Shown here: piece by piece, positions 1 to 9,788 of the stretch | Position numbering within the stretch: the first letter of the stretch is position 1 | Layout of the letters: each line of letters begins with the position of its first letter | NCBI GenBank assembly: GCA_964353025.1 | Contig: CAYGUN010000001.1 | Coordinates: forward strand, 1-45,168 | Length of the DNA stretch: 45,168 nucleotides | Reading direction: 5' to 3' | From: an uncultured Bacteriovoracaceae bacterium | GTDB taxonomy: Bacteria > Bdellovibrionota > Bacteriovoracia > Bacteriovoracales > Bacteriovoracaceae | The notes under the pieces: model-generated | The model's input: only the letters and a program-made list of their open reading frames with translations | The model's database searches: none | What the model was told of the DNA's origin: nothing | Translations under genes and position numbers: made by a program

Positions 1-890
1 TATTTGGGTTATTTGAATTTGTAACTCCTGGTGGAAAAGTTATTGGCAATACTCAGATGAAGGAAGGATTTTTCGGAGACTTTATGTCTGGAGTTTTGGC
101 CACCATTCTTTCCACTCCATGTAGTGCTCCTTTTTTGGGATCCGCCCTCACTTTTGCCTTTACGACAAATGGGCTTAATGTTTTTCTTATTTTTACTCTT
201 ATTGGACTTGGCCTAAGTTCACCTTTTATCATTACGGCCATCTTCCCTAAACTAATCTCTTTCCTGCCCAAACCTGGTGCATGGATGGAAAAACTCAAAA
301 ACTTTTTGGGACTCACCCTGCTTATTACCTGTGCTTGGCTTTATGATGTTTTACTCAATTTAGTTGAAGGCCGTATTCTGAATATGCATTTGAATCTTTT
401 GCTTATTTTTATCTTTTTTGGCATTTATTTTTATCAAAAAATGGGAAAAAGTCTTATCACGAAGCTTGCTTTTTTACTGCTTCCTCTTCTTGTTTTTAGC
501 TATGTTGTAATAAATAACAAAATTATTTTACAACCTTCCGACCAGAGTATGGCCTACGCTTCAACCGGAAAATGGGAAACATGGTCTCATGAGAAAATGA
601 AAGAAAATAAAAATGGGCCTGTCTTTGTAGATTTTACCGCCCAGTGGTGCCTCACTTGCAAAGTGAATAAAAAACTTGTTTTAGACACCGGATCATTTTA
701 TAAATTTGCTGAAGAAAATAATTTAAAACTTATGAAAGCTGACTGGACCAAAAGAGATGATAAGATCACCAAGTTTCTCAAAAGCTATGGCGCTGTTGGG
801 GTTCCCGCCTATTTTGTAAAAACAAAGGATGGAGAAATAAAATACCTGGGAGAAACTATCTCCATTGGCAAAATTCAAGACTCGCTTTAA
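1..890 (+). CDS. dsbD: Thiol:disulfide interchange protein DsbD, C-terminal part (5' end lies outside the window)
   Basis: The frame is open from nt 3 to the window edge, so the Met at 57 is internal. It has the membrane-embedded Cys motif STPCSAPFLG of the DsbD/CcdA core, several hydrophobic helices, and a C-terminal thioredoxin-like domain with CxxC (WCLTCK). Confidence 0.8.
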   Translation, partial: FGLFEFVTPGGKVIGNTQMKEGFFGDFMSGVLATILSTPCSAPFLGSALTFAFTTNGLNVFLIFTLIGLGLSSPFIITAIFPKLISFLPKPGAWMEKLKNFLGLTLLITCAWLYDVLLNLVEGRILNMHLNLLLIFIFFGIYFYQKMGKSLITKLAFLLLPLLVFSYVVINNKIILQPSDQSMAYASTGKWETWSHEKMKENKNGPVFVDFTAQWCLTCKVNKKLVLDTGSFYKFAEENNLKLMKADWTKRDDKITKFLKSYGAVGVPAYFVKTKDGEIKYLGETISIGKIQDSL

Positions 891-899
891 TTTTGTTCA

Positions 900-1934
900 T
901 CAATCTTCAAATGTACTTGGAAGCTTCATCAGTCCATTTATAACTTCTTTAGCAGCAAGTTCATTGTAAAGGACTTCGTAGAGGCCGTGGATAATACGAG
1001 TATGTATTTGGAAATTATTGGCCAGATCATAAGCGGCCTGAGTTGTCTTATAGCCTTCTACTGTTTTTCTTTGGGATTGGATAATATCAAGAGGTTTTCT
1101 TCCTTTAGCAAGCTCTAGCCCAAATTGCTTATTACGAGAAAGCCCTCCCGTGGTAGTAAGAATGAGATCACCCATTCCACTTAGGCCATAAAATGTCTCA
1201 GGTCTGGCGTTAAAGACTTTTCCAAACCGAAGCATCTCTACAATTCCACGAGTAATAAGCGCGGCCCGAGTGTTATGATTATAACCCAGGCCTTCAATAA
1301 TCCCTGCAGCAATGGCCAGTGGGTTTTTTAAGGCCCCACCAAGCAGAAGGCCCTTAATGTCGTATGTCGCGAGTACTTTAAAATAATCTGTATGCATCAT
1401 CCCCATAAATTTATTGAGAAAGACAGGATTTCTTCCTGCTACTGAAACGAGAGTTACTTGTTCATCAATAATTTCTTTGGCAAATGAGGGCCCTGATAAA
1501 AAGAGAAAATTATCACGAAATTTTTGAGGAAAAATATCGTAGAAAAGATCATCTGGTAACTCAAGCGTTTCAGTATCAATCCCTTTCGCTAAATTTACCA
1601 AGGGGACATCTCGTTCAAGAAAAGGCATAAAAAAATCTTTATTTTCTCTAAAGTATGAACGTATGGCAGGTGTTGGAAGGCCTGAAATAATCACTTCAAC
1701 TTTCGCATCTTTTAAATATTCATTGAGCTCATCCCATTCAAGGGCCGGAATAAGATTATCAGGAAGAGTTAGGCCCTTTAAGTAAACGGTATTTTCCTTT
1801 TCATTCTTGATGCTTTCATAAACATCATCTGAACGAACTTTAATAAAGACCTTTTCAAAGTTTTTACAAAGAACTGAAGCGATGGAAGTACCAAAAGCTC
1901 CTGCCCCTATAACTATTGCCGCACTATAAGTCAT
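900..1934 (-). CDS. gpsA: NAD(P)H-dependent glycerol-3-phosphate dehydrogenase
   Basis: 344 aa. N-terminal Rossmann motif IGAGAFGTS and the conserved GLSGMGDLILTTTGGLSRN block typical of GpsA. Its start overlaps the upstream ORF stop as ATGA. Confidence 0.9.
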   Translation of the reverse strand: MTYSAAIVIGAGAFGTSIASVLCKNFEKVFIKVRSDDVYESIKNEKENTVYLKGLTLPDNLIPALEWDELNEYLKDAKVEVIISGLPTPAIRSYFRENKDFFMPFLERDVPLVNLAKGIDTETLELPDDLFYDIFPQKFRDNFLFLSGPSFAKEIIDEQVTLVSVAGRNPVFLNKFMGMMHTDYFKVLATYDIKGLLLGGALKNPLAIAAGIIEGLGYNHNTRAALITRGIVEMLRFGKVFNARPETFYGLSGMGDLILTTTGGLSRNKQFGLELAKGRKPLDIIQSQRKTVEGYKTTQAAYDLANNFQIHTRIIHGLYEVLYNELAAKEVINGLMKLPSTFED

Positions 1935-2203
1935 AAGCTTATTATACCCTCAATTTGGGAAGCTGTTTCATAGACAGATAATACCTCGTCAGAAGAGTAA
2001 ACCAAAACCCTGAGTGTTATACTCACATAATTTCCCTTCTTAGAATCCTTCTCTTCCACACTTCCATTGGGTAATTTATCTAATAGATCGTCTTTGTTTT
2101 CTGACTTAACAATAAACTTAAATCGATAATAATCAGGCCAGGCGTATGTATCATCTAGTAGAGCTTTAAATTTATCCAGCTCATCTTTTGATTTTCCGAT
2201 CAT
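1931..2203 (-). CDS. DUF493 / YbeD-like small protein
   Basis: 90 aa. The pattern YRFKFIV...SKKGNYVSITLRV...VLSVYE...IEGIISL parallels E. coli YbeD (FTYKVMG...SSKGNYHSVSITI...LYEEL...VRMVL). It is translationally coupled to gpsA. Confidence 0.65.
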   Translation of the reverse strand: MIGKSKDELDKFKALLDDTYAWPDYYRFKFIVKSENKDDLLDKLPNGSVEEKDSKKGNYVSITLRVLVYSSDEVLSVYETASQIEGIISL

Positions 2204-2343
2204 TTTTGTTCCCTTTAATAATTTGCAAAGGTCAATAATATCATCATGTTATGACCGTCGAATGTAATCAACTTTGGTCCTATGGAATCCGATAAATACC
2301 TTATGGATTTATAGGAAAGCTAGATCAATTTGCCAAGGATGTC

Positions 2344-4413
2344 ATGAAATTATTTATTAGCTTAATCTTCGTTATTTCAACGGCTTCAAGCGCATTTTCA
2401 ACTGAATTTAAGCATTTTAAGCTCAAAGGTCTACTTAAGCAGAAAGACCAAAGTGAGAACTCTCAAACAAAGAGAGTGATGGAGTCATCTGTAAGCTTAG
2501 GTATTGATGATGCGCTTTATGACAAAATTTTTGGAAGAAAAATTATTCAAGAAGGATTTTCAAAATCAACAAAAGAAGAAGCTCCATCTCCATTTGAAAA
2601 CTCACTCTTATTTAAAAAAATCATTGATATGCTTAAAGGAAGTTATGATGATATAGGAAAAACGCAGGCCCAAACACTGCTTAAACATAAACAAGACTTT
2701 GGTGGTGGTGTTGAGAATTTCTCAGGCTTTTCTTGGGAAAAACCAGCTGGCACATTTTCAATTGGTGTAAATAGGCAACTCTCTCCAGATCTTTTTAATT
2801 CAGAAAGATGGATCGTCCATGACACATTTGTGATTTCAATTGATGCGACTACTTTTCTGAATAAACTAAGCCAAGAAAACCTTATTGCAATAGATGCAGG
2901 AGTCATCAGTGCTTTTGCTGGAGTCACTTGGCAAAGAGTTTATAGCACCTATCATTTTTCATCCTCATTTGCCTCTGGTATTATGGCAGATTTCTCGAAG
3001 CTATTTATGCCATTTATTTATTTTAATCCTAATAAAATAGCGGACCTCCCTCAAGATGAAATATTAATGATGGAAGACTACTTCTCCTTCAGAGCAGGAG
3101 GTATTGTAACCACTCCTCCCGTTTATGGTTTTTCTTTTTCTGCAGGGGCCCACATGGCCTTTTCTAAAACAAGTAAGGTCAGCATTCAATCTCTGGGAAT
3201 TGAAGACCCGCGAGATAAAGATGAATTTTTAAGGGTCACAACAGAGAATATAAAATCAAAAGCCGTTGGGGCTGCGGCTTCGGTTCAACTTGATTTTTTT
3301 AATATTTTAAAACTGACACTCTTGAGTGCTGAACTGACCTATGAGTTAGAACAATCTCAAAAAAATCATCTCAAATTTTACTGGGAAGATATTCCTCAAA
3401 TTACGGCGAAGGGAAGCTATTCTAAGGAGTTCAAAAAACTGCTTAAAGGAAAATTTATAGATATTGATTTTTTCACAGATCGTGTCGTAGGTCACGAAGA
3501 AAGGCTCAGTGAAAACCTTACTTCTCGTTACGGAATTCTGACTATCTCAAAAATGAAAAGAACTGATACTGACTATGTTCGTATTGTTAAAGGTGATGAA
3601 AGCAAAACATTCTTCAACCACCATAGTGAAAATATTAAAGTGGTACAAAGTTTTTTCAGTAAACTTTTTAGCGTATTTATAAATCAAAAACTTGATTTTG
3701 ATGTGGCAGTAAGAAATAATTCACTTTCTCTCAAATCCATTGATATTGAATATGAATCAAATAAAAAAGAAAATGATATGATCGTCGATGATGAAGAAAA
3801 ATTCTCTATTCTTATTACTCATCAATATCAAGCGGCAAAAGTTCATAAGAAAAAATTTTTCAATAAAAAAGCTCGCTATTTTCTAGAACGCTATACACCC
3901 TTGGGGAGAGAGTATTCACAACTTATCAAAGATAAGAAATTAGAAAGTCCTGTTTCATTTGAAAGTATGGTGCGTGTTCAAAAGGAAGGGCTTTACTATT
4001 TTCACCATCTCTCTGACTCAAAAGTCTTTTATACCATTGCAAAAAATTGTGGTATGAGTAGTTCTCAAGCTAGAAAATATGCCAGTGAATCATATAGGAG
4101 AAGATATCTTCGTCGCTGGAGGGTAGGGAAAAAGGCCTGCGTAAAAAGTACTGGAAATCTCTTCTATGACTATATAAGTGGTGTTCGAGAAAAAGGCACC
4201 ATGAATTTAAAAAAATTAAAAGCCTTTCTTACTAAATTTTATAAAAAAAATGAAAACTATCGCTATTTCCTGGACCTTTTTGGTGAAGATAAGGTATTTG
4301 TTCATGGAAGCCTAGAGGCGATTACAGACCAAGGTCTCCCCTTTCAAACTTATTTTAAAAATGGTGAGTTTAAAGGTTATGGAGTCATTGATAATTATAG
4401 AAAGAAAAACTAA
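2344..4413 (+). CDS. Hypothetical secreted protein (689 aa), no recognisable domain
   Basis: Long uninterrupted ORF with a Sec-type signal peptide (MKLFISLIFVISTASSAFS). I see no catalytic or family motif. Confidence 0.6.
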   Translation: MKLFISLIFVISTASSAFSTEFKHFKLKGLLKQKDQSENSQTKRVMESSVSLGIDDALYDKIFGRKIIQEGFSKSTKEEAPSPFENSLLFKKIIDMLKGSYDDIGKTQAQTLLKHKQDFGGGVENFSGFSWEKPAGTFSIGVNRQLSPDLFNSERWIVHDTFVISIDATTFLNKLSQENLIAIDAGVISAFAGVTWQRVYSTYHFSSSFASGIMADFSKLFMPFIYFNPNKIADLPQDEILMMEDYFSFRAGGIVTTPPVYGFSFSAGAHMAFSKTSKVSIQSLGIEDPRDKDEFLRVTTENIKSKAVGAAASVQLDFFNILKLTLLSAELTYELEQSQKNHLKFYWEDIPQITAKGSYSKEFKKLLKGKFIDIDFFTDRVVGHEERLSENLTSRYGILTISKMKRTDTDYVRIVKGDESKTFFNHHSENIKVVQSFFSKLFSVFINQKLDFDVAVRNNSLSLKSIDIEYESNKKENDMIVDDEEKFSILITHQYQAAKVHKKKFFNKKARYFLERYTPLGREYSQLIKDKKLESPVSFESMVRVQKEGLYYFHHLSDSKVFYTIAKNCGMSSSQARKYASESYRRRYLRRWRVGKKACVKSTGNLFYDYISGVREKGTMNLKKLKAFLTKFYKKNENYRYFLDLFGEDKVFVHGSLEAITDQGLPFQTYFKNGEFKGYGVIDNYRKKN

Positions 4414-4435
4414 CTCCCCTCTAGCATTTTAATAA

Positions 4436-5317
4436 ATGATGATTGATGCAGAAAAAGCTATTTTACTTTTAAAAGAAGAACAAGTTGTTGCTATACCGAC
4501 TGAGACCGTTTATGGACTCGCCGGTAGAATTGATTCTGAAATTGCACTTCGAAAAATTTTTGAAATCAAACAAAGACCTTTGTTCGATCCTCTCATTGTC
4601 CATGTGGCCAGTATTGAGCAGGCCAAGACTCTTACTTCAAATTGGAATGAACTCGCACAAAAATTAGCAGAAAACTTTTGGCCCGGGCCATTAACAATGG
4701 TGCTACCTAAATCTGATTCAGTGAATCCTTTGATTACTTCTGGACTTAATAGAGTCGGTATTCGATGCCCAAATCACCCTATTGCTCTTGAAATACTAAG
4801 AAAGCTTAATATTCCACTTGCTGCTCCTAGTGCTAATAAGTTTAAGATGACCTCTCCCACTAGACCTGGCCATGTTATTGATGAGTTTGATGCACAAGTT
4901 GAAGTGGTTGATGGAGGAGAAAGTGAAGTAGGAATTGAATCAACAGTCATTGGTATTTTTGAAAATGAAGTTTGTATTTATAGACCAGGAATGATTACCA
5001 AAGAGATGTTACAAGTTTGCCTAGGAGAAAGTGTAAAGGTACACGAACAAACAAGCCCAGTGGCACCAGGACAAATGGAAGATCATTATCAACCGAAAAG
5101 CCCTTTTTATCTGATAGAAGAAGGCCAAGAGGCGCCTACTGGAGCCTTTGAAATAAAACTAGGTGATAAGCCTGAAATTGCAGCGAGACAGTTATATTCA
5201 AAACTAAGAGAAGGATCTGAAAAATCTCCTATTCTCTTTATTTGTTTAACTAAACATTTTTATAATCCAGGCTGGGCGGCCATTCTTGACCGGATAATTA
5301 AGGCAAGCTCAAAATAA
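4436..5317 (+). CDS. tsaC: L-threonylcarbamoyladenylate synthase (Sua5/YwlC/TsaC family, with C-terminal Sua5 domain)
   Basis: YrdC-fold motifs are present: AIPTETVYGLAG, KQRPLFDPLIVHV, GPLTMVLP, VGIRCPNHP, PLAAPSANKF. An extra C-terminal domain of about 90 aa follows. Confidence 0.85.
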   Translation: MMIDAEKAILLLKEEQVVAIPTETVYGLAGRIDSEIALRKIFEIKQRPLFDPLIVHVASIEQAKTLTSNWNELAQKLAENFWPGPLTMVLPKSDSVNPLITSGLNRVGIRCPNHPIALEILRKLNIPLAAPSANKFKMTSPTRPGHVIDEFDAQVEVVDGGESEVGIESTVIGIFENEVCIYRPGMITKEMLQVCLGESVKVHEQTSPVAPGQMEDHYQPKSPFYLIEEGQEAPTGAFEIKLGDKPEIAARQLYSKLREGSEKSPILFICLTKHFYNPGWAAILDRIIKASSK

Positions 5318-7042
5318 ATAACTACAATTTAACTTTATTTCCTTAAGCAGCTCACTCACGGGAATAATTCGCTCAAACCTCTTCCCTTGAAGTTGTTCCG
5401 GCCCCTGAGAATCTACGTATTTCATCACTTGAATAATTCCACCAGAGACGACTTCTTTCCACCCCTTAGGCTTAAGCATCATATTTTTTCTAAAGTCATG
5501 CAGCCTATTTTTGTCGAGCCAAACTTGGTAAGCTTGGTTAAGTGCTTTATGGGCCCGAATTGAAGTTTGAGTATAGTTAACTCTCCCATCATCATGATAG
5601 ATAATATCAAAGAGAAATCCTGTTTCTCCAATAGTGACAGAATCTGAGTGCCCGCCGACATTAGACAGTACCGGTATTGTCCCCACATTCTGGGCCATCA
5701 TTTGAGACTGTCCACTTGGTTCAAAGATTGAGCCTTGAAAATAAATATTTGAATAATAAATAAACTCTTTCTCTAAATTGTCACTAAAAGGAAAATATTT
5801 TACTTAATGGGGAAACCGATCACTTAATTCAATAAGCTTGTTTCTAAAATAAACTCCCTCTGAGCTATCATTGTAAGCATCTCCCGTTATAAGAAACTTA
5901 AAATCAATTTCAGGGTCATGAATGACTCTTTCAATAAATCCATCGGCCCCCCAAAAATACTCAAATCCCTTTTGTTTCGCGATTCGAGATGTGAGAGTAA
6001 TAATTTGCGTATTTTCTCCATAGCTGTCTGGAAAGTATTTGTTTAGTAAGTTCGCTCGCCCCATATCCTTATTTAATTGCTCATCAGCACTAAAAGAAAA
6101 AGGCAAGACGCTTTGGTAATTTTTATCAATTAAGCTTGGGTCCCATTGTTTTGTATCAATACCATTTAAGTTCCCTCCTGTTCTAAACTCTCGTGCCTTG
6201 CGCTGATAAATGGATTCATTACCGGCCCCAAATCGACTATCCATCACTTCCTTCATATAGTTGGAGGATACAAAATGTGTAAAGTCAGAAAGCTCTACTG
6301 CCGATTTTAATGCATTTATACTATCCCCCATCATCATGGCAGAGTGAAACTTAGAATTTATCCCTAACCAACTTAGTAAGTAGTTTGAATAAATTCCTTG
6401 GTATTGAGCATTGTGAACCTGTGAAATAATATGAGGAATTTTACCTTTCAAATTCCCATGCAATATGGACTCTTTTCTCATTTCCAAAAAAGGTGCAAAA
6501 AAGCCAGAATGATGATCTTCTAGAAAAATAAAATCGGGCTGTATTGAATCATTTGTTTGAGATAAAAACTGAACCCATGCTTTTGCAAAAAAACCAAAAG
6601 ACTCTCCGGGGCTTTCATGTATTGTGTAAGTGAATTCCTCTATATTGTTTTCAAAATAGTTTGAGTACCCCTGCGCAGGTCTATGTTCAACCATTTGAAC
6701 TTTAACTCTTTTATCCTGGGGGTGTTCAAACTCAATAACTCTAAAAGAAGCATGAACTTCATTTTGATGGCCTAAATTAACAACAAATGTTTCAGATTTT
6801 TTAATACCGGTGTAATTATCGAGATTATTCAGAACTTTAGTATAAGCAGGCATAATTACTTTGGCCTCATGCCCATTTTCAATAAGCCCTAAGGCCTGCC
6901 CCCAAGTGGCAATCTTAAGCCCACCTGAACCTTGAATTTTGTCTAATTCACTTGATACCAAAAAAACTGTTTTCGAAAAAACAGGATTTACAACTAAAAG
7001 AAAAATAATAAGCAGAGTAAATCTATGCAGACTCATGAACAA
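5309..7042 (-). pseudogene. Glycogen/starch-synthase-like GT5 glycosyltransferase interrupted by a single in-frame TAA (complement of 5804-5806)
   Basis: Track ORFs 5804..7042 and 5309..5701 are in the same frame. Reading through the TAA gives ...LIELSDRFPH*VKYFPFSDNLEKEFIYYSNIYFQGSIFEPSGQSQMMAQNVGTIPV.... The N-terminal part (LVSSEL..GSGGL....VIMPAY) and the C-terminal part (FEPSGQSQMMAQNVGTIPV..VGGHSDSV..ETGFLF) match GlgA-type motifs. There are no frameshifts. Confidence 0.6.
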
Positions 7043-7236
7043 AAACCTTTATTAAATATGCCCGCATTCTATAGAAAAGAGGGCCATGGTCAATGCCTAC
7101 AGAAAAAAGATGAGATAAAGCTCTAAAAATACAGCTCAACTCAATGATTAAATGTAAAAATACCAAGGTTTTATTTTTTATCTCGCATTTCATAACGCAC
7201 AGGGGTATATGAATTAATAATTGCCATTGGAGCTTT

Positions 7237-7830
7237 ATGAAATACTTAGTATTACTAGCAGCCTACCTCTCATTTTCAACAGCTTGTTTGGCACAAGTTG
7301 AAAAAAAATTTGTCATTGGAAATATTAGCGCCTTTGAAGCTAACCAGTACTTAGCGCCAATACTTTATCTAAAAGTTGATAGAAATAACGATATTATTTC
7401 AGAAGTCATTCTTCCTGATGCTAATCCAAGTATCGAAAGTGGAAGTTTTGATAATATTATTCCTTGGAATGGAGTAAGACTTCCTGAAGAATTTCGGTTA
7501 AAAGTTGTAAAAAAACGAAGGGTAATCAAAACAAAAACTTATAAAAATTCAAATCTAATTGAGAACAAGCTTACAAAGATAAAAAAAAAGGTCAGGCAAA
7601 TTATTTATATAACTGAATCAGGAAAAGAAATCCTTTGTGCTGAAGAAGAAGGTCGATTATTTAGATTTTTTGCTTTGAAAAGCAGTTGTTCTCTCCATAT
7701 TGATAAAAATGTTAATGATTACGCGGAAGTTTCAAGAGTAAAAAATAGAGATAAAGCTCAAGAAAGACTTGAAGAAAAAGTATTGAATAAAAATACAACT
7801 CTTACTTATTTTCTTAAGGTTAAAATTTAG
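7237..7830 (+). CDS. Hypothetical secreted protein (197 aa)
   Basis: Signal peptide MKYLVLLAAYLSFSTACLAQ followed by a Lys-rich body. No recognisable motif. Confidence 0.5.
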   Translation: MKYLVLLAAYLSFSTACLAQVEKKFVIGNISAFEANQYLAPILYLKVDRNNDIISEVILPDANPSIESGSFDNIIPWNGVRLPEEFRLKVVKKRRVIKTKTYKNSNLIENKLTKIKKKVRQIIYITESGKEILCAEEEGRLFRFFALKSSCSLHIDKNVNDYAEVSRVKNRDKAQERLEEKVLNKNTTLTYFLKVKI

Positions 7831-8033
7831 AATTCTTCAATATAAGGATTATATTCTTTAGCATAAAGAATGAGGTCAATCACTTCACGGGCCGCACCTA
7901 TTCCACCTTCTTTAAATAAAGCATAATCGGCATATTCTCTTAACTCTATTGGAGCATGAGGAACTGTTCTGTTGCACTAAAGCCAGCTTTCTTCATCAGA
8001 GGGAAATCAAATAGCTCATAATTTTATCATCAC
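7827..8033 (-). pseudogene. Diverged, frameshifted copy of the 3' end of kdsC (about the last 70 codons)
   Basis: The reverse complement translates to ELFDFPLMKKAGFSAT (16/16 identical to intact KdsC). A 5-nt indel follows, then PIELREYADYALFKEGGIGAAREVIDLILYAKEYNPYIEEF* (35/41 identical to the intact C-terminus). Many of the nucleotide differences are synonymous. Homology to 9789-10001 stops near 8033. Confidence 0.8.
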
Positions 8034-8185
8034 GTACGGGAGATTACTCACGTATATCCAAACCAATTCGGTTAGCAGTGGCTTCCATGAAATAAGTATA
8101 AATTACATCCTAGCGCCTTCGCATTGACACAGAGCGGATTTTTCTACTATCTTGTAATTCTAAATAAATTGACTAGGCAGGCCAT

Positions 8186-9685
8186 ATGAAACTCCAACTA
8201 GCTATAATCTTAGCAACAACTTTACAACTTACCCAAGCAGCAGATCTAAGTATTCCTACTATAAAACAAGAGCTTATCAAAAACTTTGCAGTTACTGATT
8301 TTCTAGAGAAGCAGATAAGGTCACATTTTAGAACACAAAATGCGCCCCAAGCATTCAAAGAGCTTGTAGATTTTTCTCACCCCAATATGTCCCCCATTAT
8401 CTCCAAGATAATGAATATATTTACTGATGTACGATCATTTAGCTCTAGTGCCGCTCATTTTGTTATAAATGAAGCATATACTCATAAATTCTCAATTAAA
8501 GTGTTTGAATGTATGGAATCTAATTTCTTAAAAAATCTCTATTTAAATGCTATTGGTGAATCGAAGTTTGCAAATGATGATGCCTTCAAAAAAACAGTTG
8601 TTGTTTATTTTAGTAAAATACTAAAAGAAAGACAATCCTCTTCTCAAATTATGACAATGGAAGCAAGTACGAGAACACCTAAAATTGTTCAAGTTGGAAA
8701 TTCAACTCATCAGTCTGGTTGGACAGGGTTTGACTCAGGTCCAATATTCAAAACAAACATCACGACTCAAAATACTAACGATTTTGGAGTTAAAGAAATT
8801 TATCAATTTTATAATTTCATTATAAATAAAAGAGAAGGGATTGGCTCTCTTATTCTCCTGGAAGCTATATTCCATAAAGAAATTAGTGACCTCTACGTAG
8901 ATGTTGTTCTAGATGGTTATTTAAATAGTTTTCCTTATAAACATCATAATAAACTTCTCACTGATCTCTTTTTTAGTGAGCCTATTGGTTTCACTAAGTT
9001 TGTTCACACCAAAAACAATATTCAACAATTAATACGTGAGTCAGAAAAAAGAGTCGAACTAAGTGAAGCTTTCACAAATGGTTATATCAATGGAGTCAAT
9101 GGCCATGGTCACCGTTATAAATATGCAAGTGTAAAAGCAATGACTCTAAGCGAAGTCATAGAAAAGCACTATGGTCATAATCCCACTGCTGCTATTAAAT
9201 TAATCAAAAAAACAATGAGTTCGGCCACATCAGAAATTAATGTGCAAGTAAGAGAAGTTGTGAAATTCTTGGTAGACAATATCCATGACCCTTACCTGGC
9301 CAATCTCTTTTTAGACCTTATTCTAGAGACAAAATACAAAACTATTGATGTTAATTTCATCTATTCTCTCTTTATTGGTGACATTCATCCTAACCTAGAG
9401 AAAATCTCTTCTTTTTTCGATGATATGGAGAGCAATCATCCAAATTTAAAATATAAAGTGCATAAAGCTAAAGCAAAAACAATTGTGGCCCGAATCTCAG
9501 GAACCCCACAAATGGCAAGATCAGTAAACATTGATTTTTACGGAGAAATTTTTTATGAAAAACTACTGCTTCAAGAATTAAGAGATTTCAAATCTCATTC
9601 AACCAATTGGCTTGATATCGAAAAGGTAAATGCCATTGATACTTGGATATCTAAACTTAGTGAATGTAGTAACAAGTTTCAGTAA
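8186..9685 (+). CDS. Hypothetical secreted protein (499 aa), sole gene of the insert between the two kdsC 3' copies
   Basis: Long ORF with signal peptide MKLQLAIILATTLQLTQAAD. No recognisable domain. Confidence 0.6.
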   Translation: MKLQLAIILATTLQLTQAADLSIPTIKQELIKNFAVTDFLEKQIRSHFRTQNAPQAFKELVDFSHPNMSPIISKIMNIFTDVRSFSSSAAHFVINEAYTHKFSIKVFECMESNFLKNLYLNAIGESKFANDDAFKKTVVVYFSKILKERQSSSQIMTMEASTRTPKIVQVGNSTHQSGWTGFDSGPIFKTNITTQNTNDFGVKEIYQFYNFIINKREGIGSLILLEAIFHKEISDLYVDVVLDGYLNSFPYKHHNKLLTDLFFSEPIGFTKFVHTKNNIQQLIRESEKRVELSEAFTNGYINGVNGHGHRYKYASVKAMTLSEVIEKHYGHNPTAAIKLIKKTMSSATSEINVQVREVVKFLVDNIHDPYLANLFLDLILETKYKTIDVNFIYSLFIGDIHPNLEKISSFFDDMESNHPNLKYKVHKAKAKTIVARISGTPQMARSVNIDFYGEIFYEKLLLQELRDFKSHSTNWLDIEKVNAIDTWISKLSECSNKFQ

Positions 9686-9788
9686 TATGGGTACCGAAAA
9701 ATTTCAAACATATAAAAAAAGGGATCTCAATACAAACTTAAAGCAAGGGAATTAAAAAAGAATGTATTCCTTAGGCATTTACTTAAGT

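Noticed and set aside
5309-5701. 130-aa ORF as an independent gene
   Set aside because: Its frame continues upstream without interruption to the TAA at 5804-5806, and the upstream codons (..GSIFEPSGQSQ) complete a GT5 motif. It is the C-terminal part of the interrupted glycogen-synthase-like gene.
8029-8053. Short direct repeat TCACGTA (twice) at the left junction of the kdsC-flanked insert, as a possible recombination site
   Set aside because: A 7-nt repeat could occur by chance, and I found no matching copy at the right-hand junction.
9745-9772. Imperfect inverted repeat (AAGGGAAT...ATTCCTT) after the 499-aa gene, as a terminator or att core
   Set aside because: The stem is short and bulged with a long A-rich loop, and it has no counterpart at the other junction near 8033. 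The evidence is insufficient.
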